A DNA stretch of 64,000 nt from an uncultured Gammaproteobacteria bacterium. GTDB taxonomy: Bacteria > Patescibacteriota > Patescibacteriia > S139-126. This document shows, piece after piece, positions 19,283 to 28,492 of this stretch. The first letter of the stretch is position 1. The number at the start of each line of letters is the position of its first letter. The stretch is from contig CAZUKA010000001.1 of assembly GCA_964620905.1 (NCBI GenBank), positions 158,524 to 222,523 of the forward strand. Reading direction: 5' to 3'. The translations under genes were made by a program, and so were the position numbers. A model generated the notes under the pieces. The model had not been told where the DNA came from, made no database searches, and saw nothing but the letters and a program-made list of their open reading frames with translations.

Positions 19283-19885
19283 ATGAATAAGTTACTAATA
19301 GCTACACACAATATAGCAAAATTAAATGATTTTAAAGAATTATTAAAAAACTATCCTTGGCAACTTGTTTCACTTGATGATTTAAATATCAAACAAATAG
19401 CCGAGGAGCAAGCTACAAGTTTTGAAGAAAATTCTTTACATAAAGCCAAATTTTATGCCCATCTTTCCGGATTATTAACACTTGCTGATGATAGTGGATT
19501 GGAAATTCCTTATTTAGGTAATTTTCCTGGAGTTAAGACTCGACGTTGGGAAACGGATGAACCTTTGGATGACAATCAGTTGGTAAATAAAATTCTGGAA
19601 AAAATGTCCGGTTTAACCGGTAAAGATCGTTTAGCAAAATTAAAAACAGTCATAACTGTTTATAATCCGAGTAACCAAAATTATTTACAGGCCGAAGGAG
19701 AAATAGTGGGTGAGATAGCAACCCGATTAGCCAAACAGACATTACCTGGTTATCCGATTCGTTCTATTTTTTTTGTTTCTAAAGTTGGTAAATATTATAT
19801 TGAATTCACTAAAGCTGACAGAACAAAATTCAATCATCGGGGTGAGGCGATTAAAAAACTTATTCCCAAAATTAATACTTTATAA
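19283..19885 (+). CDS. rdgB: Non-canonical purine NTP pyrophosphatase (RdgB/Ham1/ITPase family)
   Basis: 200 aa. LIATHNIAKLNDFKELL (ATxNxxKxxE) and LADDSGLE match Ham1 family motifs. Confidence 0.75.
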   Translation: MNKLLIATHNIAKLNDFKELLKNYPWQLVSLDDLNIKQIAEEQATSFEENSLHKAKFYAHLSGLLTLADDSGLEIPYLGNFPGVKTRRWETDEPLDDNQLVNKILEKMSGLTGKDRLAKLKTVITVYNPSNQNYLQAEGEIVGEIATRLAKQTLPGYPIRSIFFVSKVGKYYIEFTKADRTKFNHRGEAIKKLIPKINTL

Positions 19886-19887
19886 AT

Positions 19888-21177
19888 ATGTTAGATTTAA
19901 AATTTATTAAAGAAAATTTAGAACTAGTTGCTCGCAACAATCAGGAACGTAACATAAAAGTAGATTTAAAAAGATTAATTACCTTAGCTGACAAAAAAAA
20001 TTTATTACTGCAAACAGCAGATAGTTGGCGATCAGAAAGAAATAAACTGTCTCGGACTAAACCAACTTCAGAATTAATTGAAAAGTTGAAATTTTTGGGT
20101 AAAAAAATAGCTGAACATGATTCAGAAATTAGGTTAGTAGAGGAAGAAATTATCAGTTTACTTTATCAAATACCTAATATTAGAACAATTGATACACCCG
20201 TCGGTAGCGATGCCCAAAAAAATAAAGTGTTACGTCGAGTAGGGGAAATTCCAAATTTTGACTTTACTCCCAAAGATCACGTTCATTTGGGTAAAATTCA
20301 TGATTTAATTGACACAGAAACTTCAGCCAAAGTAACTGGCGCTAGGTTTAACTATTTAAAAAATCAAGCGGTTATTTTACAATTAGCTCTTATTCGTTAT
20401 GCTTTTGATATTTTAACCAGTAAAGATAAAGTAGCTGAAATAATTAAAACTAATAATTTAAAGTTAGCTCCCCAAGCTTTTAAGCCGGTAATACCACCTT
20501 ATATGATTAAACCGGAAGTTTACGAAAAAATGGCCAGATTAAAATATGGTGATGAAGATAAATATCATTTACCAAAAGATGATCTTTATTTAATTGGCAG
20601 CGCCGAACATACACTCGGACCTATATTTATAGATCAAATTTTGTCAGCCAATGATTTACCACAAAGATTTATTGGATTATCACCGGCTTTCCGTCGCGAA
20701 GCTGGAAGTTATGGTCGTGACACCAAGGGAATTTTACGAGTACACCAATTTGATAAATTGGAAATTGAAATTTTTAGCTTACCAGAAAATTCATTGTTAG
20801 AGCAAGATCTAATTGTTGCTTGTCAAGAATATTTGTTGCAATCATTAAAATTACCTTATCAAGTTGTTTTAATTTGCACTGGTGATATGGGTCTGCCAGA
20901 TGCTAGACAGATTGATATTGAAACCTGGCTACCAGGTCAAAATTTATATCGGGAAACACATACAGCAGACCTGATGACTGATTATCAAGCCAGACGTTTA
21001 AATACGAGAGTTAAAAGAGAGAACGGACAGATAGAATTTATTCATATGAATGATGGTACTGTTTTTGCTATTGGTAGGATGCTAATTGCTATTTTAGAAA
21101 ATTATCAACAAAAGGACGGTTCGATTTTAATCCCTGAAATATTAAGATCCTATACAAGTTTTGATAAAATCTCTTGA
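19888..21177 (+). CDS. serS: Seryl-tRNA synthetase
   Basis: 429 aa. N-terminal coiled-coil arm plus class II core (FRREAGSYGRDTKGILRVHQFDKLE, motif 3 near the C-terminus). Confidence 0.9.
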   Translation: MLDLKFIKENLELVARNNQERNIKVDLKRLITLADKKNLLLQTADSWRSERNKLSRTKPTSELIEKLKFLGKKIAEHDSEIRLVEEEIISLLYQIPNIRTIDTPVGSDAQKNKVLRRVGEIPNFDFTPKDHVHLGKIHDLIDTETSAKVTGARFNYLKNQAVILQLALIRYAFDILTSKDKVAEIIKTNNLKLAPQAFKPVIPPYMIKPEVYEKMARLKYGDEDKYHLPKDDLYLIGSAEHTLGPIFIDQILSANDLPQRFIGLSPAFRREAGSYGRDTKGILRVHQFDKLEIEIFSLPENSLLEQDLIVACQEYLLQSLKLPYQVVLICTGDMGLPDARQIDIETWLPGQNLYRETHTADLMTDYQARRLNTRVKRENGQIEFIHMNDGTVFAIGRMLIAILENYQQKDGSILIPEILRSYTSFDKIS

Positions 21178-21197
21178 TATTTTACGACACATAAAAA

Positions 21198-22076
21198 ATG
21201 GGGCTTTATCTGGGGGATATGAATAAAATTTATTTTCATTCTAAAACTAAGACACAACTGTTAAAAAGAAGAGATTATCACCAAAAAAAATTGGCCAATC
21301 CTTTTTTTTTAAAGGATAAAAAAAAATCGGTATTTTGGGTTAATTTAATTTTAATTTTTATTATTTTTTTTGGTATTTATTACTTTATTGAACATACATC
21401 AATTTTACAAATTCAAGGTATTAAATTAAACGGAGCTAATAGTTTAACAACAAATTTAGTTGCTGAAATTGCTCAAACCCAACAAAAAAACAAAAGAATC
21501 TTTATTTTTACCCAAGACAAGATTGTTTTTTTTAATATTAAAGAATTAAAAAAAAATATTTCCAAACAAATTTTATTTGAAAAATTTGAAGTCAAAAAAG
21601 ACTATCGCGATCGACTGTTAATCATAAATATACAAGAAAAAATATCTTTTTTTTATTTACACAATCAAGGACATTTTTTTACGCTTGATAATCAGGGTAA
21701 TTTAATTAATATTATTGATAAATTGCCTGAACCGTTAGATTTACCTTTAATTGAGTTCTCCACCTATAATTTGTCAATTGGAGCCAGTTTATCTGAACCA
21801 GTTCTTTTAGCTAAATTAAACGAAATATACAATAAATGGGCAAATTTAATAATCAATAATAATATAAAAAGTTTTGAATTAGAAGAAAATATTTCAAATA
21901 TAGATAAAATAATAATCAATACACAAAAAGGTTTTAAAGTTTACTTGAATAAGAATCAGGATATTGCAAAACAAATCGAAACAACCAGAGATTTATTGAT
22001 TAAATTAGAACAAGAAAATATCAAGATCAGTGAATATCTTGACTTATCGGTTGCTGGCTGGATTTATTATAAATAA
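21198..22076 (+). CDS. Hypothetical bitopic membrane protein, possibly FtsQ/DivIB-like (POTRA)
   Basis: 292 aa. Short basic cytoplasmic N-terminus, a single TM, then a beta-rich extracytoplasmic region (IQGIKLNGANSL...) reminiscent of an FtsQ POTRA domain. Weak. Confidence 0.3.
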   Translation: MGLYLGDMNKIYFHSKTKTQLLKRRDYHQKKLANPFFLKDKKKSVFWVNLILIFIIFFGIYYFIEHTSILQIQGIKLNGANSLTTNLVAEIAQTQQKNKRIFIFTQDKIVFFNIKELKKNISKQILFEKFEVKKDYRDRLLIINIQEKISFFYLHNQGHFFTLDNQGNLINIIDKLPEPLDLPLIEFSTYNLSIGASLSEPVLLAKLNEIYNKWANLIINNNIKSFELEENISNIDKIIINTQKGFKVYLNKNQDIAKQIETTRDLLIKLEQENIKISEYLDLSVAGWIYYK

Positions 22077-22100
22077 TAAAAATTATTAAATTTAATATTA

Positions 22101-22130
22101 AGTGTCGTATAAGGTTTATTGTGCGACACT
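22101..22130. terminator. Hairpin between convergent genes (putative terminator)
   Basis: AGTGTCG...CGACACT 7-bp inverted repeat with A/T-rich flanks, between the 21198..22076 (+) and 22191..23426 (-) genes. Confidence 0.25.
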
Positions 22131-22190
22131 AATATTATAAAAAAATTTTATTTAAAACCATCCCCTGATAATTTGGGTATTTATGTTTTG

Positions 22191-23426
22191 CTAATTTCCT
22201 AAATAGTTAAGAGGGTTAACTGGAATGCCGTTTAAACGAACTTCAAAATGCAAATGTGGCCCTGTAGTTAAACGTCCAGCACCAGCTGTACCTGGTGTAC
22301 CACCAACTAAACCAATCGTTTGTCCCTGAACCACATAAGTCTCCTCTTCTACCAATATTTTTGACACATGACCATAAACAGTAGAGATACCGTTGTCGTG
22401 GATTAGCATTATATAGCTATAGCCTAAACCGGCATCCTTTGCTCTAGCAACATAACCAGAAGCGGCAGCGTTGATCTCCTCCCCTTGTCTAGCACGGATA
22501 TCAATTGCTGGATGTTCAAAGATATTTCGATATGGATAGTCGGGATCATGGAAATAAGCAGTTATATATTGTGAACTTACTGGCCAGATCATACCAGATT
22601 TAGAAATATCTCCCAATTGACCAGAGGAAGACATTTTCTCTCTGACGGTTTTTTCTAAATAAGCTATTTCGTTATTTACTTTTTCATAAAGTTGTCGCTC
22701 TTCTTGGAGAAGTTGTTGATATCTGACCTCGTCTCTTCTAGTTTGTTCAAGTAGGTAGTTTTTGGTATTTTGAGCAGATGCTAGGTCTTGTTTTTTTTCG
22801 TTTAGTTCGTTTTTTATTTCGATTAAACGGTTTTGTTTTGCACTTAAATCAATTTGTTCTGACTGTAATTCATTACGTAAATCTTTTACTTGATCCAAAC
22901 TTAGTTTTAAATCGCCCTCCAAACTCTCTAAATAAGTGATCTCATTGAAAAATTCTGACAATGAACCATATAGCACCATGACTTCTAAATATGATTTATC
23001 ATCTTGACGGTTCATAGTTCTAATAAATTCAGCTATTTGCTGTCTAACCTTTTCAATTTTTAAGTTGGTCAAGTCAATATTTTCTTGATTTAATCTAATT
23101 TCCAAATTAATTTGGTTAATTTGTTCTTGGATTTTTAAGACTTCAAGTTCAGTTTTACTAATTTGATCATCAATTATGTCGATTTGTGTTGATAATGAGC
23201 TTTTTTCTTGTTGTTTATTTCTAATTGCTGTCTGATAACGCGATATTTCTGCTTCGATACTGCTGATTTCATCTTTTTTTACTGAGATATCTTGATGAAG
23301 TTGATTTATTTCTTGACTGATATCGTTTGCAGTTTGTTGACCGAATGCTAAATAAAACGGTATAAAAATTAAACCGCACAAAAATAAAAATATAATTCTA
23401 CTTTTTTTATAATTGGCATGATCCAT
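22191..23426 (-). CDS. M23-family metallopeptidase with long N-terminal coiled coil (EnvC-like murein hydrolase/activator)
   Basis: 411 aa. Signal/TM, about 250 aa of heptad-rich coiled coil, then a C-terminal M23 domain (HxxxD ... HLHFEV). Confidence 0.75.
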   Translation of the reverse strand: MDHANYKKSRIIFLFLCGLIFIPFYLAFGQQTANDISQEINQLHQDISVKKDEISSIEAEISRYQTAIRNKQQEKSSLSTQIDIIDDQISKTELEVLKIQEQINQINLEIRLNQENIDLTNLKIEKVRQQIAEFIRTMNRQDDKSYLEVMVLYGSLSEFFNEITYLESLEGDLKLSLDQVKDLRNELQSEQIDLSAKQNRLIEIKNELNEKKQDLASAQNTKNYLLEQTRRDEVRYQQLLQEERQLYEKVNNEIAYLEKTVREKMSSSGQLGDISKSGMIWPVSSQYITAYFHDPDYPYRNIFEHPAIDIRARQGEEINAAASGYVARAKDAGLGYSYIMLIHDNGISTVYGHVSKILVEEETYVVQGQTIGLVGGTPGTAGAGRLTTGPHLHFEVRLNGIPVNPLNYLGN

Positions 23427-23444
23427 AACTATATTATATCATAT

Positions 23445-24890
23445 TTAAGACAATTTGGCAATAGCAGTTTTAATTCTTTTTAGTGTATCGTTTTTTCCAA
23501 GTACTTCCATTACCAAAAAAGCATCTGGTGAATCTTTCAAACCCGTGACCGCAACCCGTAACGGCCAAAAAGCTTGCCCGCGCTCAAAATTAGCTTCTTG
23601 ACGTGCCTGATCCAAATCTTTTTTTAGCTGTTCGGACAACCAGGGTCTTTTGTAAGTTTCAAAAAAGTCAAGTAAAAAATGTAAAACCTTTTTTGTATTG
23701 GCTAAATCAAAATTTTTGGTAATTAATAAAGATTTTTCATAGTCGGGTAAATTGAAAAGAAAAAATGTTTGTTCAGCCATATCCGATAAATTAGATTGTC
23801 GGTCTTTAAATAAAGCTATTATTTTCTTCAAAGTAAATTTATTTTCAGTAAAAAAATTTTGTTTAATTAAAAATGGTTTGATTTTTTCTATCAACAAATC
23901 ATCGTTTGTTTGTTTTAGATAATGAGCATTATACCAATCTAGTTTTGCTTGATTAAAAACTGCTCCGGCTTTTTGGATTTTAGTTAAAGAAAATTCTTCT
24001 ATCAACTTATCTAATGTAAAAAATTCTTCGTTATTACCCGGATTCCAACCAAGTAAAGCAATAAAATTTATTATCGCTTCGGGTAAGTAGCCCTTTGCTA
24101 AATAGTCCTCCGCCGCAACATCCCCTTGACGTTTGGACAGTTTTGATTTGTCATTATTTAAAAGTAAAGGTAAATGAGCAAATTGAGGAGGCTCCCAACC
24201 AAAAGCTTGGTAAAGTAAAATATGTTTAGGTGTTGAGGGTACCCACTCCTCTCCCCTTATAACATGGGAAATTTTCATTAAGTAATCATCAACCACATTG
24301 GCCAGATGATAAGTGGGAAAGCCATCACTTTTAATTAAAACTGGTTCATCAATATTTTCATTTTTCATTATAATTTCTCCTCTGATTAAATCCTGAAAGT
24401 ATGTTTCGCCTGGTTCTATTTTCAATCTCACAACATAAGGAATAGCCTGAGTTATTTTATTTTTAATTTCATCAGCAGACAAATTTTTACACCAACCATC
24501 ATATTTAGTCGGTGATTTTGTCGCTAATTGTATTTCTCGCAATTTAGTCAAACGCTCTGGCGAACAAAAACACAAATAAGCCTTGTTTTGGCTGACTAGT
24601 TGTTCAACCATTTTACGATAAATAAGCAAACGTTGTGATTGTACGTAGGGACCAAATTTACCAATTTTATCAGGTCCTTCATCATAAAAAAGTTTAAATT
24701 CTTTGATGGTTTGTATAATTTTTTCAGTTGTTCCGGGTACTAGACGTTGTTGATCAGTATCCTCAATACGTAAAATAAATTCACCCTGATTATGGCGGGC
24801 AAATAAAAAATTATATAAAGCCGTTCTTAAACCCCCAATATGTAAAGATCCTGTCGGGCTGGGTGCGAATCTAGTTCTGACCGTTTTCAT
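23445..24890 (-). CDS. gltX: Glutamyl-tRNA synthetase
   Basis: 481 aa. SPTGSLHIGG (HIGH) and KLSKR (KMSKS) motifs with a class I GluRS fold. Confidence 0.9.
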   Translation of the reverse strand: MKTVRTRFAPSPTGSLHIGGLRTALYNFLFARHNQGEFILRIEDTDQQRLVPGTTEKIIQTIKEFKLFYDEGPDKIGKFGPYVQSQRLLIYRKMVEQLVSQNKAYLCFCSPERLTKLREIQLATKSPTKYDGWCKNLSADEIKNKITQAIPYVVRLKIEPGETYFQDLIRGEIIMKNENIDEPVLIKSDGFPTYHLANVVDDYLMKISHVIRGEEWVPSTPKHILLYQAFGWEPPQFAHLPLLLNNDKSKLSKRQGDVAAEDYLAKGYLPEAIINFIALLGWNPGNNEEFFTLDKLIEEFSLTKIQKAGAVFNQAKLDWYNAHYLKQTNDDLLIEKIKPFLIKQNFFTENKFTLKKIIALFKDRQSNLSDMAEQTFFLFNLPDYEKSLLITKNFDLANTKKVLHFLLDFFETYKRPWLSEQLKKDLDQARQEANFERGQAFWPLRVAVTGLKDSPDAFLVMEVLGKNDTLKRIKTAIAKLS

Positions 24891-25629
24891 TGTTATTACT
24901 AAATATTAATAAAAATATAAAAACAAAAGTTGCTTTCAAAATTCTTCGCCATCGCCAAGGCTCTTGATAAAGGCGATATAACCATTCTAAACCAATTTGT
25001 CTTAAAAACAAAGGTGCTCTTTTTTTATGTTTGGCTAAATAATCAAAGCTCCCTCCTATGCCAATACCCAATTTGATAGTAGGTAAAAATTTACTGTGTT
25101 CGTAAAGCCAAATTTCTTGCTTGGGATTGCCTAAGCCTACCAAAATAACCTGTGGAGCAAATTGATTTAGTTCGGCAATAAGATTTTTTGGCTGCTGCCA
25201 AGTGTTTTCTGTTTTTTCAATTTTTCCGCCAGACCAACAAGCAACTTCTAATTTTTTATATTTTAATAATATTTCTTGTTTAGCCTTATTAGCTATTTGG
25301 TCTTTTGCACCCAGCAGAGCAATTTTTAAATTCAGATTTTGACAAAGTGTAAAAATTAGATCCATTAAATCAACTCCTGGTAGACGTGGTGGCCAGTAGT
25401 GATGTTTATAAAAATAAGCATATTGCAAACCAGTTCCGTCAATCAGGTTTAAGGAAGTATGACTTAAAATATTTTTAAAATAATTATTTCTATAAGCTTC
25501 AACCAAAAATTCTGGATTGACTGTAGCAATTTGGTGGAACTTATTAAGATTTAAGAATTTTTCTAAAGTAGATTTTAATTCTTCTTGGTCAAGAATATCA
25601 AGTCTGACGCCTAAGATTTTTTCTGACAT
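24871..25629 (-). CDS. WecB/TagA/CpsF-family glycosyltransferase
   Basis: 252 aa. Conserved GT26-family segments (GVDLMD..., LLGAKD...). The C-terminus overlaps the gltX start. Confidence 0.65.
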   Translation of the reverse strand: MSEKILGVRLDILDQEELKSTLEKFLNLNKFHQIATVNPEFLVEAYRNNYFKNILSHTSLNLIDGTGLQYAYFYKHHYWPPRLPGVDLMDLIFTLCQNLNLKIALLGAKDQIANKAKQEILLKYKKLEVACWSGGKIEKTENTWQQPKNLIAELNQFAPQVILVGLGNPKQEIWLYEHSKFLPTIKLGIGIGGSFDYLAKHKKRAPLFLRQIGLEWLYRLYQEPWRWRRILKATFVFIFLLIFSNNNENGQN

Positions 25630-25704
25630 AACAAATATTTGGTAATTGTTTTATATATTATAAATTGGTAAACAAATAAATATCCGCATATTTAAATTAT
25701 GCCA

Positions 25705-25735
25705 TTTTTTGTTATTTTTTTCAAGTTGCTATAAT
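25705..25735 (+). promoter_or_regulatory. Extended -10 promoter candidate for the 25759 gene
   Basis: TGcTATAAT extended -10 with a T-rich upstream region, about 25 nt before the ATG. Sequence pattern only. Confidence 0.3.
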
Positions 25736-25758
25736 AGAAAAAAATCTTTTTTTATGTT

Positions 25759-27195
25759 ATGATTAAAAATATTATAATTATTAATTATATGTTTAGATTT
25801 AAGTATAAAACCATTTTTTTTGTTATATTTTTTTTGTTTTTTGGAATAGTTTATCCTGTAAAAGCTCAGGAATTTAATCCCAATTATATAATTTCCGATG
25901 AAGAAATTTTTAATAGTCAAGGCATGACTTTGGATCAGGTACGAGGTTTTATTTCAGCAAAAGGTGGCTATTTAAAAGATTACATAGTTGATGTTGATGT
26001 TATCAACGAGCCATTCAGACAGATGCCAGCCGCGGACTTTATTTATGAACGAGCGGTACAAAACAAAATTAATCCCAAGTTTATTTTGGTATTATTACAA
26101 AAAGAACAAAGTTTAATTACTAATCCCTCTCCAACTCAACGTAATTTAGATTTTGCAACTGGCTATGGTTGTCCTGACAGTGGTAGTTGTAGCGAACGAT
26201 GGCGTGGTTTTGCTAAACAAGTGAATTCGGCCACGTTGCAGTTTAGAGATTATATGGAAAATCCACAAAATTATCGCTATCGTGTTGGACAAATCTATAC
26301 TTTTGTTGATAATAAGTTAAATGTTGGACAGGTAACAACACTTGTCACACCTCAGAATCAAGCTACTGCTGCTTTATACAACTATACACCCCATGTTTAT
26401 AATGGTAATTTTAATTTTTGGCGTCTTTGGCGTGAATGGTTCACCTATTCGTATCCGACTGGTAGTTTATTACAGATCAAAAATGATGCCACTATTTATT
26501 TAATTCAAAATAATATTAAAAGACCATTTCAATCTTCAGCTGCTTTTTTGAGTCGTTATTCTCCCAATAAGATTATTCAGGTAGATTCATCAATCTTAGA
26601 CCAATATCCTTTGGGTACTCCAATAAAATATCCTCAATATGCTCTATATCAATCACCGCGTGGCACAGTGTATATGATAATTGACGATGTTAAACATGGT
26701 TTTGCTTCAGCGGCAGTTATGCGTTCTTTGGGAATTAATCCTGAAGAAATTGAAAAAATGTCACAAATATTGCTTGATGAAATACCAGAAGGATCTCCAA
26801 TTACTATGGAAAGTGCCTATCCAAAAGGAGCTTTATTACAAAATAAAGAAACCGGTACCGTTTTTTATGTCAAAGACGGAAAAAAACAACCTATTGTTCA
26901 TCGTGATATTATGATTGTTAATTTTGGAGAAAAACCGCTAATTACTCCAGCTAGTTCTGAACAGTTAAGAGCTTATGTTTCACTCCCACCTTTATATATT
27001 CAAGATGGTGAGTTAGTAACCAGTGATAATCCAGAAAAAAGAGCTGTTTTTGTTATTTCCGATGGAGTAAAAAGACCTATCGTGTCAGGTGAAGTTTTTG
27101 AATCTTTAGGATATAAATGGGAAAATATCAAATATATAAATGATCAAGTACTAGATATACATCCAACTGGACAGCCCGTTGATTTAGCTAAATAA
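25759..27195 (+). CDS. Secreted hypothetical protein
   Basis: 478 aa. N-terminal hydrophobic signal/anchor (FFVIFFLFFGIVYPVKAQ). No recognisable catalytic motif. Coding periodicity and length support a real gene. Confidence 0.5.
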   Translation: MIKNIIIINYMFRFKYKTIFFVIFFLFFGIVYPVKAQEFNPNYIISDEEIFNSQGMTLDQVRGFISAKGGYLKDYIVDVDVINEPFRQMPAADFIYERAVQNKINPKFILVLLQKEQSLITNPSPTQRNLDFATGYGCPDSGSCSERWRGFAKQVNSATLQFRDYMENPQNYRYRVGQIYTFVDNKLNVGQVTTLVTPQNQATAALYNYTPHVYNGNFNFWRLWREWFTYSYPTGSLLQIKNDATIYLIQNNIKRPFQSSAAFLSRYSPNKIIQVDSSILDQYPLGTPIKYPQYALYQSPRGTVYMIIDDVKHGFASAAVMRSLGINPEEIEKMSQILLDEIPEGSPITMESAYPKGALLQNKETGTVFYVKDGKKQPIVHRDIMIVNFGEKPLITPASSEQLRAYVSLPPLYIQDGELVTSDNPEKRAVFVISDGVKRPIVSGEVFESLGYKWENIKYINDQVLDIHPTGQPVDLAK

Positions 27196-27197
27196 GT

Positions 27198-27977
27198 ATG
27201 TCATTGATCGGTGCTGCAATCATTCCACACAATCCCCTATTAGTACCAGGTATTGGCCTACAATATCAAACTGATTTCGCCACTACAATTTTTGGTATAA
27301 ATAAAATCCTTGATTTTATTTCTTCAAAAAGTGTTGACAGTCTAATAATTGTCAACGGACATAATAATTTAATTGTTGATTCATTTATAATAAATCTTTG
27401 TCCAGAATATCAAATAAATTTTGAAAAGTTTGGTGATTTAAATACAAAATTTTCTTTTCCAGGTAACACTGGTTTTTCTTATCGACTCAAAGAATCCACT
27501 GAAACCCAACTGCCATTATCTTTAGTCGGTGAACAATTTTTTGACTATGGTTTAGGCGTTGTTTTAAATTTTTTACAAAGTCGAAATTTACGTTTACCTT
27601 GCACATCTCTTTATACTGCACCACAACTAAATCAACAGATGCATATTGACTTTGGTCAGTCTTTAATGACTTTATTGCATCATGAGACTAAAAAATTTTT
27701 TGTGATCGCTAGTGGAAATTTAACCCACACAATGCTTGACTCAGCAGCCGACAGAGAGAAATCAAAAGAATTTGACAGTTTATTTATTAAAACAGTTAAA
27801 ACTAAAAATGAGATAAAAACATTTGAACAAAATTTACTAACCAGTGTCAAACAATGCATTCATTACCCTTGGTTAGTGTTAGCTGGTATGTTAAAAGAAA
27901 TAAATTACTTTCCGGAGATTTTCTCTTATGAGAATAAACATGGTGTAGGAATGCTTACCGCCTTATTTAAATTATGA
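27198..27977 (+). CDS. MEMO1/LigB-like (class III extradiol dioxygenase fold) protein, possibly AmmeMemoRadiSam system protein B-like
   Basis: 259 aa. N-terminus GAAIIPHNPLLVPGIG resembles the LigB/MEMO 'ivPHaP' start. Size and adjacency to an AMMECR1-like gene fit the MEMO1/AMMECR1 pairing. Weak sequence support. Confidence 0.3.
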   Translation: MSLIGAAIIPHNPLLVPGIGLQYQTDFATTIFGINKILDFISSKSVDSLIIVNGHNNLIVDSFIINLCPEYQINFEKFGDLNTKFSFPGNTGFSYRLKESTETQLPLSLVGEQFFDYGLGVVLNFLQSRNLRLPCTSLYTAPQLNQQMHIDFGQSLMTLLHHETKKFFVIASGNLTHTMLDSAADREKSKEFDSLFIKTVKTKNEIKTFEQNLLTSVKQCIHYPWLVLAGMLKEINYFPEIFSYENKHGVGMLTALFKL

Positions 27978-28492
27978 AAAAAGAAATAATATTAACCTTA
28001 GCCAGAGAAGCATGTCTAACCTATTTACATACTGGAGAACAGATTAACTTATCACCCGATTTTCCTGATTGGCTAAAATTAGATAAAACTGGTTTATATT
28101 TTACTCTATTTGATTATGCTGGAAATATTAGAAGTCAATTTGGTCATTTTTTACCAACTCAAGAATGTTTAGGAAAAGAAATAATTTTTCAAGGTCTCGC
28201 TTGTATAAAGGGCGGAGGTATTTATAAACCAATTTTAAAAACGGAACTTGCTGGTTTGAAAATAAGAATTGATATTATTATTAACCAGGAACCAATTCTA
28301 AATTTAACTCAAATAGAACCACAAAAAGATGGTTTGTTAGTTATAAAAACCAATAAATTTTATGGAATTGCTTTACCCGGTAAGTTTAACACCTCTGATC
28401 TATTTAAAATTGCCTGCCGAAAAGCACGTTTAGATCCAGAAAATGAAACTTATAAACTTTTTTGTTTAAAAATAAATACTTATTTCGAATGA
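27974..28492 (+). CDS. AMMECR1-like protein (divergent)
   Basis: 172 aa. GLYFTLFDYAGNIRSQFG aligns to the AMMECR1 segment G.FVTL....LRGCIG with the Cys replaced. Translationally coupled to the upstream MEMO-like gene. Confidence 0.3.
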   Translation: MKKEIILTLAREACLTYLHTGEQINLSPDFPDWLKLDKTGLYFTLFDYAGNIRSQFGHFLPTQECLGKEIIFQGLACIKGGGIYKPILKTELAGLKIRIDIIINQEPILNLTQIEPQKDGLLVIKTNKFYGIALPGKFNTSDLFKIACRKARLDPENETYKLFCLKINTYFE

